From Bacillota bacterium (GTDB lineage: Bacteria > Bacillota > Clostridia > Tissierellales > Sedimentibacteraceae): 49,684 nucleotides of DNA. Location of the stretch: positions 1 to 49,684 of the forward strand of contig JARBUP010000001.1 of NCBI GenBank assembly GCA_029239575.1, given 5' to 3'. Position numbers and translations under genes: made by a program. Shown here one piece after another: positions 19,004 through 29,299 of the stretch. How positions within the stretch are numbered: position 1 is the stretch's first letter; the number at the start of each line of letters is the position of its first letter. Below the pieces are notes generated by a model. It was not told the DNA's origin and did not search any database. It saw only the letters and a list, made by a program, of their open reading frames with translations.

Positions 19004-20797
19004 TTACTTTCTGATTATTGCATGGAATGAACAAGCATCCATACAAGCACCACATTTTATACATTTATTTTGATCAATTACATGTAATTCTTTAACTTTA
19101 CCTGTAATTGCTCCAACAGGACATATTCTTGCACATTTTGTACATCCTTTACAATCTGCAGTAATATTGTATTTTAATAACTTTTTACATACACCTGCAG
19201 GACAAGTTTTATCAACTATGTGAGCTAAATACTCATCTTTAAAATATCTAATAGTTGATAGTACTGGATTAGGTGCTGTTTGTCCAAGTCCACAAAGTGC
19301 AGTATCTTTAATTGTTTGAGCCAAATTCTCTAATCTGTCTAAATCTTCCATTGTTCCTTTGCCTTCTGATATTTTATCCAATATCTCTAACATACGTTTT
19401 GTACCTTCACGGCAAGGAGTACATTTTCCACATGATTCATCAACAGTGAAATCTAAGAAAAATCTAGCTATGTCAACCATACAATTGTCTTCATCCATAA
19501 CTATCATTCCACCTGACCCCATCATAGAACCAAGAGCTGTTAAATTATCATAATCTATTTCAGTATCTAAATGATCTTTTACTAAACATCCACCTGATGG
19601 TCCACCAGTTTGAACAGCTTTAAATGCTCTTCCATTTGGACATCCACCACCTATATCATATATAACTTCTCTTAGAGTTGTTCCCATAGGAACTTCAACT
19701 AATCCAGTATTGTTTATTTTTCCGCCAAGAGCAAAAACTTTTGTTCCAGGTGATTTTTCTGTACCAAAACTTTTAAACCATTCAGGTCCGTTAATTATAA
19801 TTTGAGGTACATTTGCTAATGTCTCAACATTATTTATTATTGTTGGTTTACCCCAAAGACCTTTTACTGCTGGGAATGGTGGCTTGTTACGAGACATTCC
19901 CCTATAACCTTCAATTGATTGCATTAATGCTGTTTCTTCTCCACAAACGAAAGCACCAGCACCAAGTCTTATTTCAACATCAAAGTCAAAATCTGAACCA
20001 AATAAGTTTTTACCTAACAATCCTAAATCTTTTGCTTGTTCAATAGCTATTTCTAATCTATGAACAGCTATTGGATATTCAGCTCTTACATATATAAAAC
20101 CTTTTGTAGCTCCTATGGCATAGCCTGATATTGCCATTGCTTCAAGAACTGCATGAGGGTCTCCTTCAAGAACACTTCTGTCCATAAAAGCACCTGGATC
20201 TCCTTCATCAGCATTACATATTACATATTTTTGATCAGCTTTATTTGGTGCAGCGAAACTCCATTTCATTCCAGTGGAGAATCCTGCGCCACCTCTACCT
20301 TTTAAACCAGAATCTTTCACTAACTTTATTACTTCTTCAGGTGTCATTTCAGTTAAAACTTTACCTAAAGCCAAATATCCATCTCTTGCTATATACTCAT
20401 TAATATTTTCTGGATTTATTACTCCACAGTTACGAAGTGCAACGCGTTTTTGTTTTTTATAAAAATCTATATCCGCTAATGCTTTTACTTTTTCTGTATC
20501 TTCATCAGTTTCATGATAAACATATTTTTTAACTATTCTTCCTTTATTTAAATGTTCAGAAACTATTTCATCAACTCTGTCAAGACTCATTTTTGAATAA
20601 AAAGTTCCCTCAGGATATACTATAACTATTGGGCCTTGCTCACATAAACCAAAACATCCTGTCAAAACAACTTGAATTTCTTTATCAAGATTGATTTCTT
20701 TTATTTTTTCTTCAAATCTTTCCTTGATAAGAACAGATTTTGATGATGTACAGCCCGTTCCTCCACATACCAAAACATGTGATCTATAAATTGCCAT
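19004..20797 (-). CDS. hydB: Hydrogenase flavin/NAD(P)H-binding subunit (NuoF-like, HydB/HndC)
   Basis: GRGGAGF, NADEGDPGAFMDR, GAFVCGEET, ESCGKCTPCREG, C-terminal 2x4Fe-4S. Confidence 0.95.
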   Translation of the reverse strand: MAIYRSHVLVCGGTGCTSSKSVLIKERFEEKIKEINLDKEIQVVLTGCFGLCEQGPIVIVYPEGTFYSKMSLDRVDEIVSEHLNKGRIVKKYVYHETDEDTEKVKALADIDFYKKQKRVALRNCGVINPENINEYIARDGYLALGKVLTEMTPEEVIKLVKDSGLKGRGGAGFSTGMKWSFAAPNKADQKYVICNADEGDPGAFMDRSVLEGDPHAVLEAMAISGYAIGATKGFIYVRAEYPIAVHRLEIAIEQAKDLGLLGKNLFGSDFDFDVEIRLGAGAFVCGEETALMQSIEGYRGMSRNKPPFPAVKGLWGKPTIINNVETLANVPQIIINGPEWFKSFGTEKSPGTKVFALGGKINNTGLVEVPMGTTLREVIYDIGGGCPNGRAFKAVQTGGPSGGCLVKDHLDTEIDYDNLTALGSMMGSGGMIVMDEDNCMVDIARFFLDFTVDESCGKCTPCREGTKRMLEILDKISEGKGTMEDLDRLENLAQTIKDTALCGLGQTAPNPVLSTIRYFKDEYLAHIVDKTCPAGVCKKLLKYNITADCKGCTKCARICPVGAITGKVKELHVIDQNKCIKCGACMDACSFHAIIRK

Positions 20798-20820
20798 AAC
20801 TCTACCTCCATAAACCGATA

Positions 20821-21189
20821 TTAATTATCGGATGCGCCTATCGTGAATTCTCTAACTATATTTCCATTAACAATATGTTCTGCTACTATACGTTTAGCTT
20901 TATCTGAATTTACGTTAATATAAGTTACTTTTTCTTTATCTGGTTCGTATATTTCAACTATAGGTTCAAGAGTACACATGCCTATACAGCCAGTTTGTGC
21001 AACTTGTACATCATTCAAATTTCTCATAGCAACTTCTTCAACTAAAGTATTTAAAACTGGTCTTGCCCCTGCAGCTATGCCGCATGTTGCCATACCAACT
21101 ACTACTCTAATATTTTTTTCAGTGTTTCTCATTTCTAAATTTTTAATAGATTCTTCTCTTAATTTTTTTAATTCTTCTAATGACTTCAT
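20821..21189 (-). CDS. Thioredoxin-like 2Fe-2S ferredoxin subunit (HydD/HndB-like)
   Basis: VGMATCGIAAGA, TGCIGMC--EP. Confidence 0.9.
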   Translation of the reverse strand: MKSLEELKKLREESIKNLEMRNTEKNIRVVVGMATCGIAAGARPVLNTLVEEVAMRNLNDVQVAQTGCIGMCTLEPIVEIYEPDKEKVTYINVNSDKAKRIVAEHIVNGNIVREFTIGASDN

Positions 21190-21199
21190 TTATATACCC

Positions 21200-21688
21200 C
21201 TATCCTCTATATTTTGCTATAATCTCAGGAATTTGTTTTGTTTCTAATTTTCCATAAACTTCATCATCGATCATCATTACAGGTGCTAAACCACAGCAGC
21301 CTAAACATCTTGTGGCTTCAAGTGTAAATAAATTATCTTCAGTTGTTGCTCCAACATTGATTCCTAACTCTTTTGATAGTTTGTCCAATATCAGTTGTGC
21401 TCCCTTAACATAACAAGCCGTGCCTAAACATACTCCGATCTTATGTTTACCTTTTGGTGTTACAGAAAATTGAGTATAGAATGTAACTACTCCGTAAACT
21501 TCAGCTAAAGGTATCCCAGTTTCATCTGCTATGAATTTTTGCACTTCTATTGGCAAATATCCAAAGATATTCTGTGCTTCTTGAAGCGTTTGCATCATAA
21601 TACCTTGAGTTTCCTTTTTTGATTCAATGAATTCTTTAAGCCTTCTGAATTCGTTTTCTTTTTCTTTAACACATAATCCTTTTTGCAA
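21200..21688 (-). CDS. hydC: Hydrogenase 2Fe-2S subunit (NuoE-like, HydC/HndA)
   Basis: GVVTFY, VCLGTAC, RCLGCCGLAP; start probably TTG 21688 after GGAGG. Confidence 0.93.
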   Translation of the reverse strand: MQKGLCVKEKENEFRRLKEFIESKKETQGIMMQTLQEAQNIFGYLPIEVQKFIADETGIPLAEVYGVVTFYTQFSVTPKGKHKIGVCLGTACYVKGAQLILDKLSKELGINVGATTEDNLFTLEATRCLGCCGLAPVMMIDDEVYGKLETKQIPEIIAKYRG

Positions 21689-21735
21689 TTTAGCAACCTC
21701 CAAAATTACTATTAAAAATGTATATTTACTTTATA

Positions 21736-21775
21736 AGTATAATATTAATATAATTATTTGTCAAGAAAATCACAA
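21736..21775 (-). promoter_or_regulatory. SigA promoter of hyd operon with overlapping Rex-like operator
   Basis: TTGACA(21764-59)-17-TATACT(21741-36); TTGTCAAGAAAATCACAA at 21758-21775, 2 mismatches to TTGTGAAnnnnTTCACAA. Confidence 0.75.
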
Positions 21776-21854
21776 TAATATAACGAAACTTTAATATATT
21801 TACTAAGAACTTACTAATGGAAAAAAGGAATAAATCATATATTTAAAATATGAT

Positions 21855-22700
21855 TTATTCCTCTATTTTCAACAATTCTAATATTCTATTTAAGTCATCA
21901 ACATTATTGTATGAAATTTCAATCTTACCCTTGCTTTTTTTGCTATTAATATTCACTCGAGCAGAAAATCTATCTGTTAACATTTCCTCTATATATGACA
22001 AATATTTATCTTTTTCTTTATGTTTCTTTTCTTTAGTTTTTTTACTATCACGTACAAGTTTTTCTATATCCCTTACACTTAAATTCTCTCTAATTATTTT
22101 GTTCGTAATTTCAATTTGTTTATCATTTGATAAACTAATCAAAGCACGACCATGGCCTGCTGTTATTTCATTTGAAATAATTTTTTCTTGTACATATTTG
22201 TCAAGATTAGTAAGTCTAATTATATTTGTTACATATACTCTTGATTTACCTACTATATTTGATACATCTTCCTGAGTAATGTCATATCTGTCCATTATAA
22301 ACTCATATGCATTAGCTTCATCAATTGGATTTAAATCTTCTCTTTGTAAATTTTCTATAAGAGCTATTTCAGAAGCATTTTTATTTTCTATATCCCTAAC
22401 TATACATGGTATACTTTTTAGATTTGCATTTTTACATGCTCTCCATCTGCGTTCTCCAGCTATTATTGTGTATAAATTTCCTTCTTTTTTAACAATAATA
22501 GGCTGAATTACTCCATATTTTTTTATGGATTCAGTAAGTTCATTTAATTTATCCTTTTCAAATACTTTTCTTGGCTGATTTGGATTTGGACAAATTAAAT
22601 TTGTATCTATATCTTCTATTTTTTTTATATCTTCTTGTTCTAATTCTTCCGGTATTAATGCAGATAAACCCTTACCCAAAGCTTTTCTTTTTATAGCCAT
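21855..22700 (-). CDS. parB: Chromosome partitioning protein ParB/Spo0J
   Basis: ALGKGL-ALI, PNP-QPR, IAGERRWRA, IENLQREDLN. Confidence 0.95.
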   Translation of the reverse strand: MAIKRKALGKGLSALIPEELEQEDIKKIEDIDTNLICPNPNQPRKVFEKDKLNELTESIKKYGVIQPIIVKKEGNLYTIIAGERRWRACKNANLKSIPCIVRDIENKNASEIALIENLQREDLNPIDEANAYEFIMDRYDITQEDVSNIVGKSRVYVTNIIRLTNLDKYVQEKIISNEITAGHGRALISLSNDKQIEITNKIIRENLSVRDIEKLVRDSKKTKEKKHKEKDKYLSYIEEMLTDRFSARVNINSKKSKGKIEISYNNVDDLNRILELLKIEE

Positions 22701-22701
22701 A

Positions 22702-23472
22702 CTATGCCTCCTGATTTTTACTAATTATTTCTTCTGAAAGCTTCATATATGCTTCGCTTCCTTTTGACTTTTCATCATACAGCATTATGGGTTGTCCAAA
22801 GCTTGGTGCTTCTGCAAGCCTTACACTTCTTGGTATTACAGTTCTAAAAACTTTATCTTTAAAATATTTTTTAACTTCTTCTACAACTTGAATAGACAAA
22901 TTTGTTCTTCCATCAAACATGTTTAAAATAACACCTTCAATTTCAAGCTTAGGATTTAAATTTCTCCTAACAAGTTTTACAGTGTCCATTAATTGACTTA
23001 CACCTTCTAATGAATAATATTCACATTGTATGGGTATTAAAACTGTATTTGAAGCAGTTAAAGCGTTTAATGATAATAATCCTAATGAGGGTGGACAATC
23101 AATAATAATATAATCATATTTTTCATCTAAGAAATTTAAGCATTCTTTTAATGTTTTTTCTCTATACTTAGTATTTGTAAGCTCTATTTCTGCTCCAGCA
23201 AGTTGAATATTTGAAGGTGCAATATGCAAATTATCTATTTCACTTTTTACAATAATTTTGTTTATATCATATCCTTCTACTAATACATCATACATTGTAT
23301 ATTCAACTTGATTTTTATCTATTCCAAAACCACTAGTAGAATTTCCTTGTGGATCTATATCAATGCTTAAAACACTTTTTCCTTTAAGAGCTAAGGCTGC
23401 GCAAAGATTAACATTTGTTGTAGTTTTACCAACTCCACCTTTTTGATTAAATATGCTTATTATTTTAGACAT
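22702..23472 (-). CDS. parA: ParA/Soj ATPase
   Basis: NQKGGVGKTT, D-DPQGN, DCPPSLG, QCEYY, RLAEAPS. Confidence 0.96.
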   Translation of the reverse strand: MSKIISIFNQKGGVGKTTTNVNLCAALALKGKSVLSIDIDPQGNSTSGFGIDKNQVEYTMYDVLVEGYDINKIIVKSEIDNLHIAPSNIQLAGAEIELTNTKYREKTLKECLNFLDEKYDYIIIDCPPSLGLLSLNALTASNTVLIPIQCEYYSLEGVSQLMDTVKLVRRNLNPKLEIEGVILNMFDGRTNLSIQVVEEVKKYFKDKVFRTVIPRSVRLAEAPSFGQPIMLYDEKSKGSEAYMKLSEEIISKNQEA

Positions 23473-23508
23473 TAATTTTTCCTCATTACATTTTATATTT
23501 TAAACGCA

Positions 23509-24297
23509 TCATAAGCTTTTTTTAGGTATTCTTACTTTAATTTCAATATATTCATCAGATTCACCTTGTTCAAACTTTGCGTCAATTCCTGTTTTAACTA
23601 TTTCATTGTATGCATTTTTAATTGTATTAATATAAATTTTATAATTAATAAAATTTCTTACATAACGCTTGTCCTTCGTTTTCTCCATATTTACATCTTC
23701 TAAAATAGATTTAATGAGTTTTTCTGTAGCGCTGACATTTAAATCTTTTTTAATTATTTTATCAACTATATTTAATAATAACTCTTCATCATCAATTTTT
23801 AAAAGGGCTCTTGCATGTCGTTCGCTTAAATTACTTTGCTTTATTCTTTGTTTTACACTCTCAGGAAGTTTGAGTATACGCATTTTATTTGCTATAGTAG
23901 ATTGAGATTTACCTACTTTTTCTGCCAATTGAGTTTGGTTTAAATCAAAGTCTTCAATTAACCTTTCAAAAGCCATAGCTTCTTCAATAAAGTCTAAATT
24001 TTCTCTTTGTAAATTTTCAATTAATGCCATGGCTGCTGATTCTTCTTCGCCAACTTCAATTATAACCGCAGGAATACTATTCATACCCAATAGTTTTGCT
24101 GCTCTGAAACGTCTTTCGCCTGCAATAATTTCATAAATATCATCATAAATATTTCTAATTGTTATGGGTTGAATTACTCCATAATTTTTTATGGACAAAC
24201 TAAGTTCTTCTAATGCTTTATCATCAAAAAATTTTCTGGGCTGGTTTTTATTTGGAATAATTTTATTAACATCTATATTAGTTATATTGCTTATCAA
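23509..24297 (-). CDS. noc: Nucleoid occlusion protein (ParB paralog)
   Basis: ParB motifs GERR, ENLQRE, KSQSTIANK-R-L; position between rsmG and parA. Confidence 0.88.
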   Translation of the reverse strand: MISNITNIDVNKIIPNKNQPRKFFDDKALEELSLSIKNYGVIQPITIRNIYDDIYEIIAGERRFRAAKLLGMNSIPAVIIEVGEEESAAMALIENLQRENLDFIEEAMAFERLIEDFDLNQTQLAEKVGKSQSTIANKMRILKLPESVKQRIKQSNLSERHARALLKIDDEELLLNIVDKIIKKDLNVSATEKLIKSILEDVNMEKTKDKRYVRNFINYKIYINTIKNAYNEIVKTGIDAKFEQGESDEYIEIKVRIPKKSL

Positions 24298-24320
24298 AAA
24301 AATTTCCCCCTTATATACAG

Positions 24321-25034
24321 TTAAATTAATGGATCTTTACTTGGTTTTCCTGCTTTTCTTGGATATATTTCACTTGTTTCTTTTACTTTTTCTATTATTA
24401 TTATTTTTCTTATTATATCTGTATTAGGTAAACTTATTTCTTTCACTTCTTTTATAATTCCACCTAATTTTTCCACAGCATTTCTACAAGTATCTATTTC
24501 CTCGGAAATATTTTCACTTTTATATGCTGCAAAATAACCTCCAACTTTTACAAATGGAACGCAATATTCACTTAAAATATTTAAAGGAGCAACAGCTCTT
24601 GAAACGCAAATATCAAATTTTTCTCGATATTTTTCATCTTTTCCAAAATCTTCTGCTCTGCCGTGAATTAAATTAACCTCTTTTAAATTTAATTCATTTA
24701 CTACTTCTTGTAAAAAATCAATTCTTTTTCTTAAACTATCAAGTAAAGTTACGCTAAAGTTGTCATTTACTATTTTTAAAGGAAGTCCTGGAAATCCTCC
24801 TCCTGTTCCAACATCAATAATACTTTTTGTTTCATTTGAATTATCATTACTCAATAAAAGAATGCTATCTAAAAAATGTTTAATATATATTTCTTCATCA
24901 TCTTCAATTGAAGTAATGTTAATTTTATTGTTCCATTCTTTTAAAAGTTCTTTATATTTTTCGAATTTTACATCAGTTGTTTCATCATAATTTAAATTTA
25001 GTTTTTTAAATCCGTTTTGTAGGGTGTTTATCAT
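24321..25034 (-). CDS. rsmG: 16S rRNA m7G527 methyltransferase
   Basis: WN--IN-T, HFLDS, DVGTGGGFPG, RAE, SRAVA. Confidence 0.96.
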   Translation of the reverse strand: MINTLQNGFKKLNLNYDETTDVKFEKYKELLKEWNNKINITSIEDDEEIYIKHFLDSILLLSNDNSNETKSIIDVGTGGGFPGLPLKIVNDNFSVTLLDSLRKRIDFLQEVVNELNLKEVNLIHGRAEDFGKDEKYREKFDICVSRAVAPLNILSEYCVPFVKVGGYFAAYKSENISEEIDTCRNAVEKLGGIIKEVKEISLPNTDIIRKIIIIEKVKETSEIYPRKAGKPSKDPLI

Positions 25035-25053
25035 TTACTCACCTTCTTTTTCT

Positions 25054-26973
25054 TTAATCAAGATTATTTTCAATTAAATTGTCCTTACTTCTTCTTCTTT
25101 GCTCAAGATAAATTAATAATACATTTATATCTGAAGGTGAAACTCCTGATATACGAGACGCTTGACCAATAGATTTTGGCTTTATTTTTTCAAGCTTTTG
25201 CTGAGCTTCAATTCTAAGTCCACTAATATTATTATAGCATATATCATTTGGAATATTTTTGTTTTCTAATTTTCTATATTGTTCTATTTGTTTAGTTTGT
25301 TTTAATATATAACCTTCATATTTTATAACTGTTTCAACGAAATCCATAATTTCTTTTCTTAATTCAGGTCTATTTTCATCTAAATGCTTAATATTTTCAT
25401 AATTTATTTCCGGTCTTTTTAATAATTCATAAATAGTAATAGGCATTTTTAAAGGAACTGAATTAATACTTTGTAAAAATTCATTTATTTCAGCCTTTGG
25501 AGTTATTTTAATATTTTGAATTCTTTCTATTTCATTTTTAATTATTTCTTGTTTTTTTATATATTTTTCATATCTATCTTCTTTAACAAGACCAATTTCA
25601 TAACCTTTTTCAGTTAATCTTTCATCAGCATTGTCCTGTCTTAAAATAAGTCTGTATTCTGCTCTTGAAGTCATCATTCTATATGGTTCGTTTGTACCTT
25701 TTGTAACTAAATCATCAATTAAAACACCTATATATGCTTCTGAACGATCTAAAATCAATGGTTCTTTATTTTGCAAACTAAGAGCTGCATTAATACCTGC
25801 AATTAAACCTTGAGAAGCAGCTTCCTCATATCCAGAACTACCATTTACCTGTCCTGCGAAAAATAAATTATTTATTTTTTTAAGTTCAAGGCTTGGTTTT
25901 AATTGTGTTGGATCTATACTATCATATTCTATTGCATATGCAGGTCTCATTATTTCTGCATTTTCAAGTCCAACCATTGAACGATACATTGGTATTTGTA
26001 CTTCATAAGGAAGTGATGAACTCATTCCTTGAATATACATTTCTTTTGTATTTCTTCCTTCAGGTTCAACAAAAAGTTGATGCCTATCCTTATCAGAAAA
26101 CTTTACTACTTTATCTTCTATTGAAGGACAATATCTTGGTCCTACACTTTGAATAACTCCTTCATATAAAGGAGAACGGTTTAAGTTTTGCCTTATAATT
26201 TCATGTGTTTTTTCAGTTGTATATGTTATATAACATGGTACTTGTTCTATATTTATTTTATCAGTCATAAATGAAAAAGGAATTATTTCTTCATCACCTG
26301 TTTGTGCACTCATAACTTCATAATTTAAACTATCCGCATGTATTCTTGCAGGAGTACCTGTTTTAAACTTCCTTATATCAATACCAAAATTTTTCAATGA
26401 ATCTGATAATTCATTCGATGGAGCAAGTCCATTTGGTCCAGAAGAATAATTTAATTCACCAATATAAATTCTTCCTTTTAGGTAAGTTCCTGTTGTTATT
26501 ACTACTGCTTTTGCTTCATAATATGCACCAAGTACAGTATATACATTGAAACTTCCGTCATCATTTAAACCAATTTTCGTTACTTCAACTTGTTTTAATG
26601 ATAAGTTCTGTTGTTCTTCTATAGTTTTTTTCATTTCTGAATGATAATGATTTTTATCAGCTTGTGCCCTTAATGAATGGACTGCTGGTCCTTTAGATAA
26701 ATTTAACATTTTACACTGTATCATGGTTTTATCTATATTTAAACCCATTTGGCCACCAAGAGCATCTATTTCTCTTACTAAATGTCCTTTTGCAGTGCCT
26801 CCAATATTAGGATTACATGGCATCATAGCAATTGAATCAAGGCTCATAGTGAGCATTAAAGTTTTCATTCCAAGACGTGCAGAAGCAAGGGATGCTTCAC
26901 AACCCGCATGGCCTGCTCCTATTACAACAACATCGTACTTATCTGAAAGAAAATCTCTTACTCTATCTTCCAT
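25054..26973 (-). CDS. mnmG: tRNA U34 carboxymethylaminomethyl modification enzyme
   Basis: [40 protein letters not shown]; start ATG 26973. Confidence 0.97.
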   Translation of the reverse strand: MEDRVRDFLSDKYDVVVIGAGHAGCEASLASARLGMKTLMLTMSLDSIAMMPCNPNIGGTAKGHLVREIDALGGQMGLNIDKTMIQCKMLNLSKGPAVHSLRAQADKNHYHSEMKKTIEEQQNLSLKQVEVTKIGLNDDGSFNVYTVLGAYYEAKAVVITTGTYLKGRIYIGELNYSSGPNGLAPSNELSDSLKNFGIDIRKFKTGTPARIHADSLNYEVMSAQTGDEEIIPFSFMTDKINIEQVPCYITYTTEKTHEIIRQNLNRSPLYEGVIQSVGPRYCPSIEDKVVKFSDKDRHQLFVEPEGRNTKEMYIQGMSSSLPYEVQIPMYRSMVGLENAEIMRPAYAIEYDSIDPTQLKPSLELKKINNLFFAGQVNGSSGYEEAASQGLIAGINAALSLQNKEPLILDRSEAYIGVLIDDLVTKGTNEPYRMMTSRAEYRLILRQDNADERLTEKGYEIGLVKEDRYEKYIKKQEIIKNEIERIQNIKITPKAEINEFLQSINSVPLKMPITIYELLKRPEINYENIKHLDENRPELRKEIMDFVETVIKYEGYILKQTKQIEQYRKLENKNIPNDICYNNISGLRIEAQQKLEKIKPKSIGQASRISGVSPSDINVLLIYLEQRRRSKDNLIENNLD

Positions 26974-27030
26974 TTTTAATTCCTTTCTAAACAAAGGGCT
27001 TATTTTCCCTATATATATTATAATACTTTA

Positions 27031-27137
27031 GAGACGGACCCTTTTTTTGACACGGTCTATCTTTCAGGCTATAGGTGCCGTCCCTCGGACCCTTTTTTTG
27101 ACGTGTTTTATTTTTCGGGCTTTAAGGTGCCGTCCCC
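27031..27137. repeat. Two tandem ~51-bp REP-like units
   Basis: CGGACCCTTTTTTTGAC...GGTGCCGTCCC at 27035-27085 and 27086-27137. Confidence 0.8.
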
Positions 27138-27153
27138 TTTTTTAAATATTCTC

Positions 27154-28533
27154 TTACTTACCTATACAAAATTCTTCAAATATTTTATCTATTAAATCAT
27201 CGCTTACTGCTTTTCCAACTATAAGCCCTAAACTTTCTAATGCGTCTTTTAAGTCTATTTCAATAAAATCTATAGAAAAACCATCATCAATAGATTTTAA
27301 AACTTCTTTTAGGCTATTTTTTGCTTTTATAAGCAAATTTTTATGTCTTAAATTATTTATTATTAAATCATTATCTAAATTAATAGAACCTTTAAAAAAC
27401 ATATCAGTTATTTTATTTATAATTTCCTGAAGTCCTGTACTTTTTAAAACAGAAATATTTATTATATTTTGTTTTATATAATCATAATTTTGTAGCTCTA
27501 ATTTATTATCAAGATCGGATTTATTATTGATATAAATAACTTTTTTATTTTCTATATATTCGATAATCTTTTTATCTTCTTCTTCTAATTCTCTTGAAGA
27601 ATCAAAAACCATTATAACTAAATCAGCTTCATCAACTTTACTTAGAGCTTTTTCAACTCCAATTTTTTCAACTATATCTTCTGTTTCTCTTATTCCTGCA
27701 GTATCTATTATTCTTAATGGAATACCTTTAATATTTACATATTCTTCAATTGTATCTCTTGTAGTTCCTGGTATTTCAGTAACTATAGCTCTATTTTCAT
27801 TTAATAAGAAATTCATTAAAGATGACTTTCCTACATTTGGTTTTCCAAGTATTACTGTTTTAATACCTTCTTTAAATATTTTACCCGTATCAGCAGTTTG
27901 TATTAACTTATCTATTTTATAAACAATTTCAGAACATTTTTCTTTTGCTTTTGAAATTGTAATTTCGTCTTCGTCATATTCAGGAAAATCTATATTCACT
28001 TCTATATTAGCAAGTAAATCCATTATATCATCTATTGTATTATTTATTTCTTTTGATAATCTACCTTCTAAATGATTTACAGATATTTCATGACTTGAAT
28101 CTGTTTTAGAATTTATTATATCAATTACGGCTTCTGCTTGTGTTAAATCTATTCTTCCATTTAAAAAAGCTCTTTTAGTAAATTCTCCTCTTTCGGCTAA
28201 ACGACAATCATAATTTAAAACAATATCAAGAATTTTTTTTGCCGAAATAACACCACCATGACAATTAATTTCAACTATATCTTCTTTGGTATATGTGTTT
28301 GGAGCTTTCATATAACTTAATAAAACTTCATCAACAACTTTTCCTTCATCTAATATGAAACCATAATGCAAATATCTTGGTTTTAAATTCATATTTATAT
28401 TTGATTTATTCTTTTTTTTCTCAAAAATATTTTCAGCAATATTTAATGCATTATCTCCGCTTATTCTTATTATATTTATGCCAGCATTTCCTGGAAATGT
28501 TGCTATAGAAGCAATTGTATCTTCTCTCATCAT
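27154..28533 (-). CDS. mnmE: tRNA modification GTPase
   Basis: DTIA-IAT, GEFTKRAFLNGR, GKPNVGKSS, GTTRD, DTAG, NKSD, FCIGK; start ATG 28533 or 28530. Confidence 0.97.
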   Translation of the reverse strand: MMREDTIASIATFPGNAGINIIRISGDNALNIAENIFEKKKNKSNINMNLKPRYLHYGFILDEGKVVDEVLLSYMKAPNTYTKEDIVEINCHGGVISAKKILDIVLNYDCRLAERGEFTKRAFLNGRIDLTQAEAVIDIINSKTDSSHEISVNHLEGRLSKEINNTIDDIMDLLANIEVNIDFPEYDEDEITISKAKEKCSEIVYKIDKLIQTADTGKIFKEGIKTVILGKPNVGKSSLMNFLLNENRAIVTEIPGTTRDTIEEYVNIKGIPLRIIDTAGIRETEDIVEKIGVEKALSKVDEADLVIMVFDSSRELEEEDKKIIEYIENKKVIYINNKSDLDNKLELQNYDYIKQNIINISVLKSTGLQEIINKITDMFFKGSINLDNDLIINNLRHKNLLIKAKNSLKEVLKSIDDGFSIDFIEIDLKDALESLGLIVGKAVSDDLIDKIFEEFCIGK

Positions 28534-28635
28534 ATCACCGTTTCTTTCTAATTTAAAACTAAAATACAGTTTTTTATTATACATTATACACATTTTACAT
28601 TAAATTTATTTAATTGTACATATATATTTTTTCAT

Positions 28636-28660
28636 AAAATAAAACCCGGAGATCCGGGTT
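28636..28660 (-). terminator. Terminator after jag
   Basis: AACCCGGA/TCCGGGTT stem with U-rich tail on - strand. Confidence 0.75.
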
Positions 28661-28670
28661 ATTTTGTGCT

Positions 28671-29297
28671 TTATTTTAAATCTATAACAACTCTTCTAAA
28701 AGGTTCATCGCCTTCTGAGTAAGTAACTATATCTATTTCATCCTGTAAAGTTGAATGTATAACTCTTCTTTCATAAGGGTTCATAGGTTCAAGTTTCATT
28801 TTATGTTTATAGTTTCTGCATTTATCTGCCATTTTTTTAGCTAAACGTTTAAGAGTTTCTTCTCTTTTTTCTCTATAATCTTCAACATTAAAAACTACTC
28901 TTACATAATTTTGTCTGTCTTTATTTACCATTAAATTTAAAAGAAATTGAATTTCATCTAAATTTTTACCTCTTTTGCCTATAATAATTCCTTTATCATT
29001 CTCATCAATTTTTACTATGTCTACTTTTAATGAATTATTTTGGAATTTTATTTGCAAATCGGCTTCTATATTCATTTTAGCTAAAAGAATATCAAAGAAA
29101 TTCTTTGCTTTTTCTTCCGGACCATTTATTACTGTTACTTTTACTTTTGCTGTTTTACTTCCAAGAAAACTTAACAAACCTTTTGAAGGTTCTTTTATAA
29201 CATCTACTTCAACTTCATTAATTTCTGCTGCGAGTTCACTCAAGGCTGCATTTACAGCTTCATCAACTGTAGCTTTTTCAATAGTTACGCTTTTCAT
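28671..29297 (-). CDS. jag: RNA-binding protein Jag/KhpB/EloR
   Basis: Jag_N, KH (IGKRGK-LD--Q) and R3H (ERRVIH) domains. Confidence 0.95.
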   Translation of the reverse strand: MKSVTIEKATVDEAVNAALSELAAEINEVEVDVIKEPSKGLLSFLGSKTAKVKVTVINGPEEKAKNFFDILLAKMNIEADLQIKFQNNSLKVDIVKIDENDKGIIIGKRGKNLDEIQFLLNLMVNKDRQNYVRVVFNVEDYREKREETLKRLAKKMADKCRNYKHKMKLEPMNPYERRVIHSTLQDEIDIVTYSEGDEPFRRVVIDLK

Positions 29298-29299
29298 GT

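Noticed and set aside
27031-27137. Mini-CRISPR array
   Set aside because: Only two units, the middles are homologous rather than unique spacers, no cas genes.
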